Below are positions 60,871-64,000 of a stretch of 64,000 nt of DNA, one piece after another. Each line of letters starts with the position of its first letter. Position 1 is the stretch's first letter. The stretch is from Cystobasidiomycetes sp. EMM_F5 (lineage: Eukaryota): assembly GCA_051047955.1 (NCBI GenBank), contig JBPGPT010000005.1, forward strand, positions 124,001 to 188,000, read 5' to 3'. Both the position numbers and the translations under genes were made by a program. The notes under the pieces are model-generated. The model had not been told where the DNA came from, ran no database searches, and saw only the letters and a list, made by a program, of their open reading frames with translations.

Positions 60871-62488
60871 ATGGTCCGCTCTAGGCAGGCGACCGCAGCA
60901 CTTTCGCTCTTCGCCGTCGGCAGCAGTCTCGCAGCTGCTCGGCCGTTGATTGCGACAGAAGAATCCTCACAGCCCGCTCTCATCAAGCGAACCGTAGCTC
61001 AGGATGGGACAGTCTACACCTTTCTCCGCAGCGTCGAGGACCCTTCTGAGCTTCTGCCTCTGTCGGCTGTCGAAGTCCCAGACGCCCACGTCATGCCGCT
61101 GAGGCGCCACGACTATGTCAACGCCCAAGGACAGCTCACGGCCAGAGGTGAAAGGAAAGCGAGATCCAACCTACGAAAACGACAGGCTTCGCAGACTTCC
61201 ACAGCGCAGCTCCCCAACTTTACCGCTGGGACGACAAACAATGTCCAGGCACTCAAAGTAGTCGGGTACGGAGCAGAGTATTCTGCCAACGTCCAGATTG
61301 GCGGACAGACAGTAAGCCTCATCATGGACACCGGTTCAGCCGATACATGGATGGTCGGAAGCGGATTTACGTGTTACGACTTTGACACGGGCTACCCCAC
61401 TACCCAATCTGCCTGTCTCTTCGGAACGCCGTACTACACCCCTTCTGCGGCATTCAACTCGTCCATCATACAGAACCAAAATCTAAACATCACCTATGGA
61501 GACGGAGAAGTCGTCACCGGCGTATTCGGCTTTGATAATGTCACTGTCGCTGGCGTCACTGTTCGTCAGCAGATTGCGGTCGTCAAACAGGCTCTATGGA
61601 ATGGTGATGGTGATGCTATCGGGCTGTGCGTAGTCTTCACATCCAGACCTGACTACATCCGCTGATCGTAAACATTTGGACAGCATGGGCCTCGCTCAGG
61701 TAGCCGACACATCAGCTTTCGCAGGCAGCGATCCCACACAAGACGGCGACTTTAGCACAGCCATTCATTACAACCCCATCATGATTACCCTCTTCAACAC
61801 GTTCGCCAATCTCAGCAACATCTTTACCTTCTCGCTCGCCCGCAGCACCGTCAATGAGACTGCCAACGGAGGCATCATGACTGTTGGTGGTCTGCCGTCG
61901 CAGCAGCAGGTGCCTCACGCAACCAACTTCACAAGCACTCCACTCGTTCAGATTCAGCAGAATTCGGGTGGCCTCACTGCCACTTCGTCTTCGCTCTCCG
62001 AATATGCTATTGATGTCACTCAAGTCGCACTCGTGGCGAATGGCCGTCGCTACTTTTCCAATTCGTCGTTTGTGAGCATCGTGGACACTGGCACGACTCT
62101 GTTGATGCTGCCCGGTCAACTCGCATCCGGCATCAACGCCCTCTTCTCTCCAGCAGCGACATACAACCGAAATTTCGGAACGTACGTCGTATCTTGCACG
62201 GCTACTGCACCGCAATTGAGTCTCCGCATCGGCGGTCAACTCATCACCATCCCGCAACGCGACTTGATAGTCCAGCAAGGCAACAACTTTTGCACGAGCG
62301 GTGTAGGCGACGGCGGCGATATCCCTTACGGCATTCTCGGAGATGTCTTTTTGAAAAAGTGAGTCTATTCTGATTTGTCAGTACACCTGCCGAATCGCTG
62401 ACTTGTCCCTTTTTGTCGCTCTAGTGTGCTGGCGGTATTTGACCTCGGTGCCACTCCTGCTATGCATTTCGCACAGAGAACCTCATGA
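60871..62488 (+). CDS. Secreted pepsin-like aspartic protease (A1), paralog 1, 3 exons
   Basis: Signal peptide, KR propeptide sites, LIMDTGSADTW, flap YGDG, IVDTGTTLL, ILGDVFLK. Confidence 0.93.
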
Positions 62489-63045
62489 TGCAAGGTACTA
62501 GCAATGGACAATGCTCAATCACAAGAGTTGACAGAGTATAAGAGGCTTTTCGCGCTTTTCGCATTTTGTAGCATCGTGCATACAGTATGCATCAATCGAC
62601 CGTGTACATAAAACAGCAGTCTTCTACATACAATTAGTATACACGCACTCGTCTGATAAATTCATCGTGTCCGCCCTGGCTTTGTGCTCTTTCTTGCTTG
62701 TTTTGTCGCCTCTTTTCTCAGGCCAACTGGCCCGTTGACCCGCATTTCCAACGGGTACAGAGTGTCTCAGACTGCTTGACGACCAGGCTAATGCGAGCAA
62801 TAGACAGCGAACACTGGGTCTCTGGCCGCGTCTGGTTTCCAACCACAAATTTCTCTGATACTGCAGCACTGAATGACTTGCTGACTTCTGAGCACGTCCA
62901 TACACCCAGCACACTCCCTTCGCGTCCCCCGACGTCACTGCGTTTGGCCTAACTGTTGACTGATAATCTTCAGCTGCAGCTTAACCATACCTCCTCGTGC
63001 TCAACCACGCTCTTTGCAAACTCACAAGCAAGCATCGCTACATTA

Positions 63046-64000
63046 ATGCTCACACCGCCTGTTCTCGCCGTCGTCGTCATTGGCGTACTGTTTTTGGTGA
63101 ATATTGAGGGTCGGGCTCTCCCTCATGACAAGCGACACTCCCAATCGCACCATACAATCATACGCAGGTCTCCACAATGGTCAAACCTACTGCCCGGAAT
63201 CATCCGAGCAAACGAAATTCCTGCTGCACAGCTTGTGCGACTCACCAGACACCGTTTACCCGTAGTCAAGTCCACCTCGGAAGCCGTGTTCCGCACCTAT
63301 TCTACATCCTCTCCTATCGATGACAGTACCACACGCTCGCCCGACGCTCTTTCAATCACTCTTCCCACCAGCTCCAACATTGGTAGTCTCCGTGCACTCA
63401 ATCATGGTCTTTCCTACACTGCGGCCGTCAATATCGGTGGGCAGGAAATCACACTTGTTCTCGATACTGGATCATCCGATACATGGGTCATTGATAGCAG
63501 CTTCAAGTGCATAAGCATGTCATCCCAGCAGACAACACCACAAAGCGATTGCGACTTCGGTAGCCCCTTCTATACGCCTACTGATCGCTTTCAGCAATCT
63601 CGCATCCAAGATCAAAACTTCAATATCCAGTACGGCGATGGAGAAGTCGTCACGGGCGCATTCGGTTTCGATAGCATTACGTTTGCTGGTATTACTGTAG
63701 ACCAGCAACTCGCTGTCGTTGACCACGCAAAGTGGTTGGGCGACGACGTTACAGCTGGCTTGTAAGCTTCGACAGACAATCACGTAGATATCTAGACGTG
63801 GCTGACGCGTTTTCCCTGCTGTAAATAGGCTCGGTCTCGGCCCTTCTCTGGGTACCTCTGCCTACCCTGGAAACGATCCTTTTAAAGATGACCGATCTAG
63901 CAACGCGATCCACTACAAGCCACTTATTCAAACTATCTTTGCAGCCAACCCTTCCCTTCCAGGCATTTTCAGCGTAGCCATTGAGCGAGACAATTCTTCA
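63046..64000 (+). CDS. Secreted pepsin-like aspartic protease (A1), paralog 2, truncated by the window end
   Basis: Signal peptide, LVLDTGSSDTW, CDFGSPFYTP, FNIQYGDGEVVTG; same first intron position as paralog 1. Confidence 0.9.

Noticed and set aside
1..64000. tRNA/rRNA genes, transposons, CRISPR arrays, biosynthetic gene clusters, TGA-CTA readthrough PTS1 signals
   Set aside because: None seen by eye; no formal scan was possible

Overview
Eukaryotic, very compact fungal DNA: short GT-AG introns with CTRAY branch points and intergenic gaps of about 100-700 bp. The protein styles suggest a basidiomycete yeast, possibly Pucciniomycotina, but that is inference. I can support about 29 intron-containing protein genes: HEL2-like RING E3, CTF4/Mcl1, head-to-head mitoribosomal uL5m and mL44, several hypothetical proteins, a secreted Cys-rich repeat protein, two tandem F-box/LRR paralogs, an EFM6/METTL21-type methyltransferase, a Mid2/Wsc-like S/T-rich membrane protein, CLPTM1, a small GPI protein, zeta-crystallin quinone reductase, ERG4, a flavocytochrome b2, ARG8, NIP7, a PfkB kinase, THO2, hexokinase, COX15, BolA, a UPF0768 zinc-ribbon protein, an ABC1 kinase, SNU66 and two tandem pepsin-like proteases. 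No tRNA, rRNA, transposon or CRISPR array was seen. The most interesting signals are: (1) an AG-depleted, all-phase-1, hairpin-containing splicing architecture in the stalk of the Mid2-like protein; (2) an AUG-less in-frame signal-anchor extension on hexokinase; (3) a flavocytochrome b2 with mandelate-dehydrogenase-like residues and an unusual Arg-to-His change; (4) a NIP7 start codon split by an intron. Exon boundaries and motif comparisons were made by eye and from memory of the families; no searches were run.
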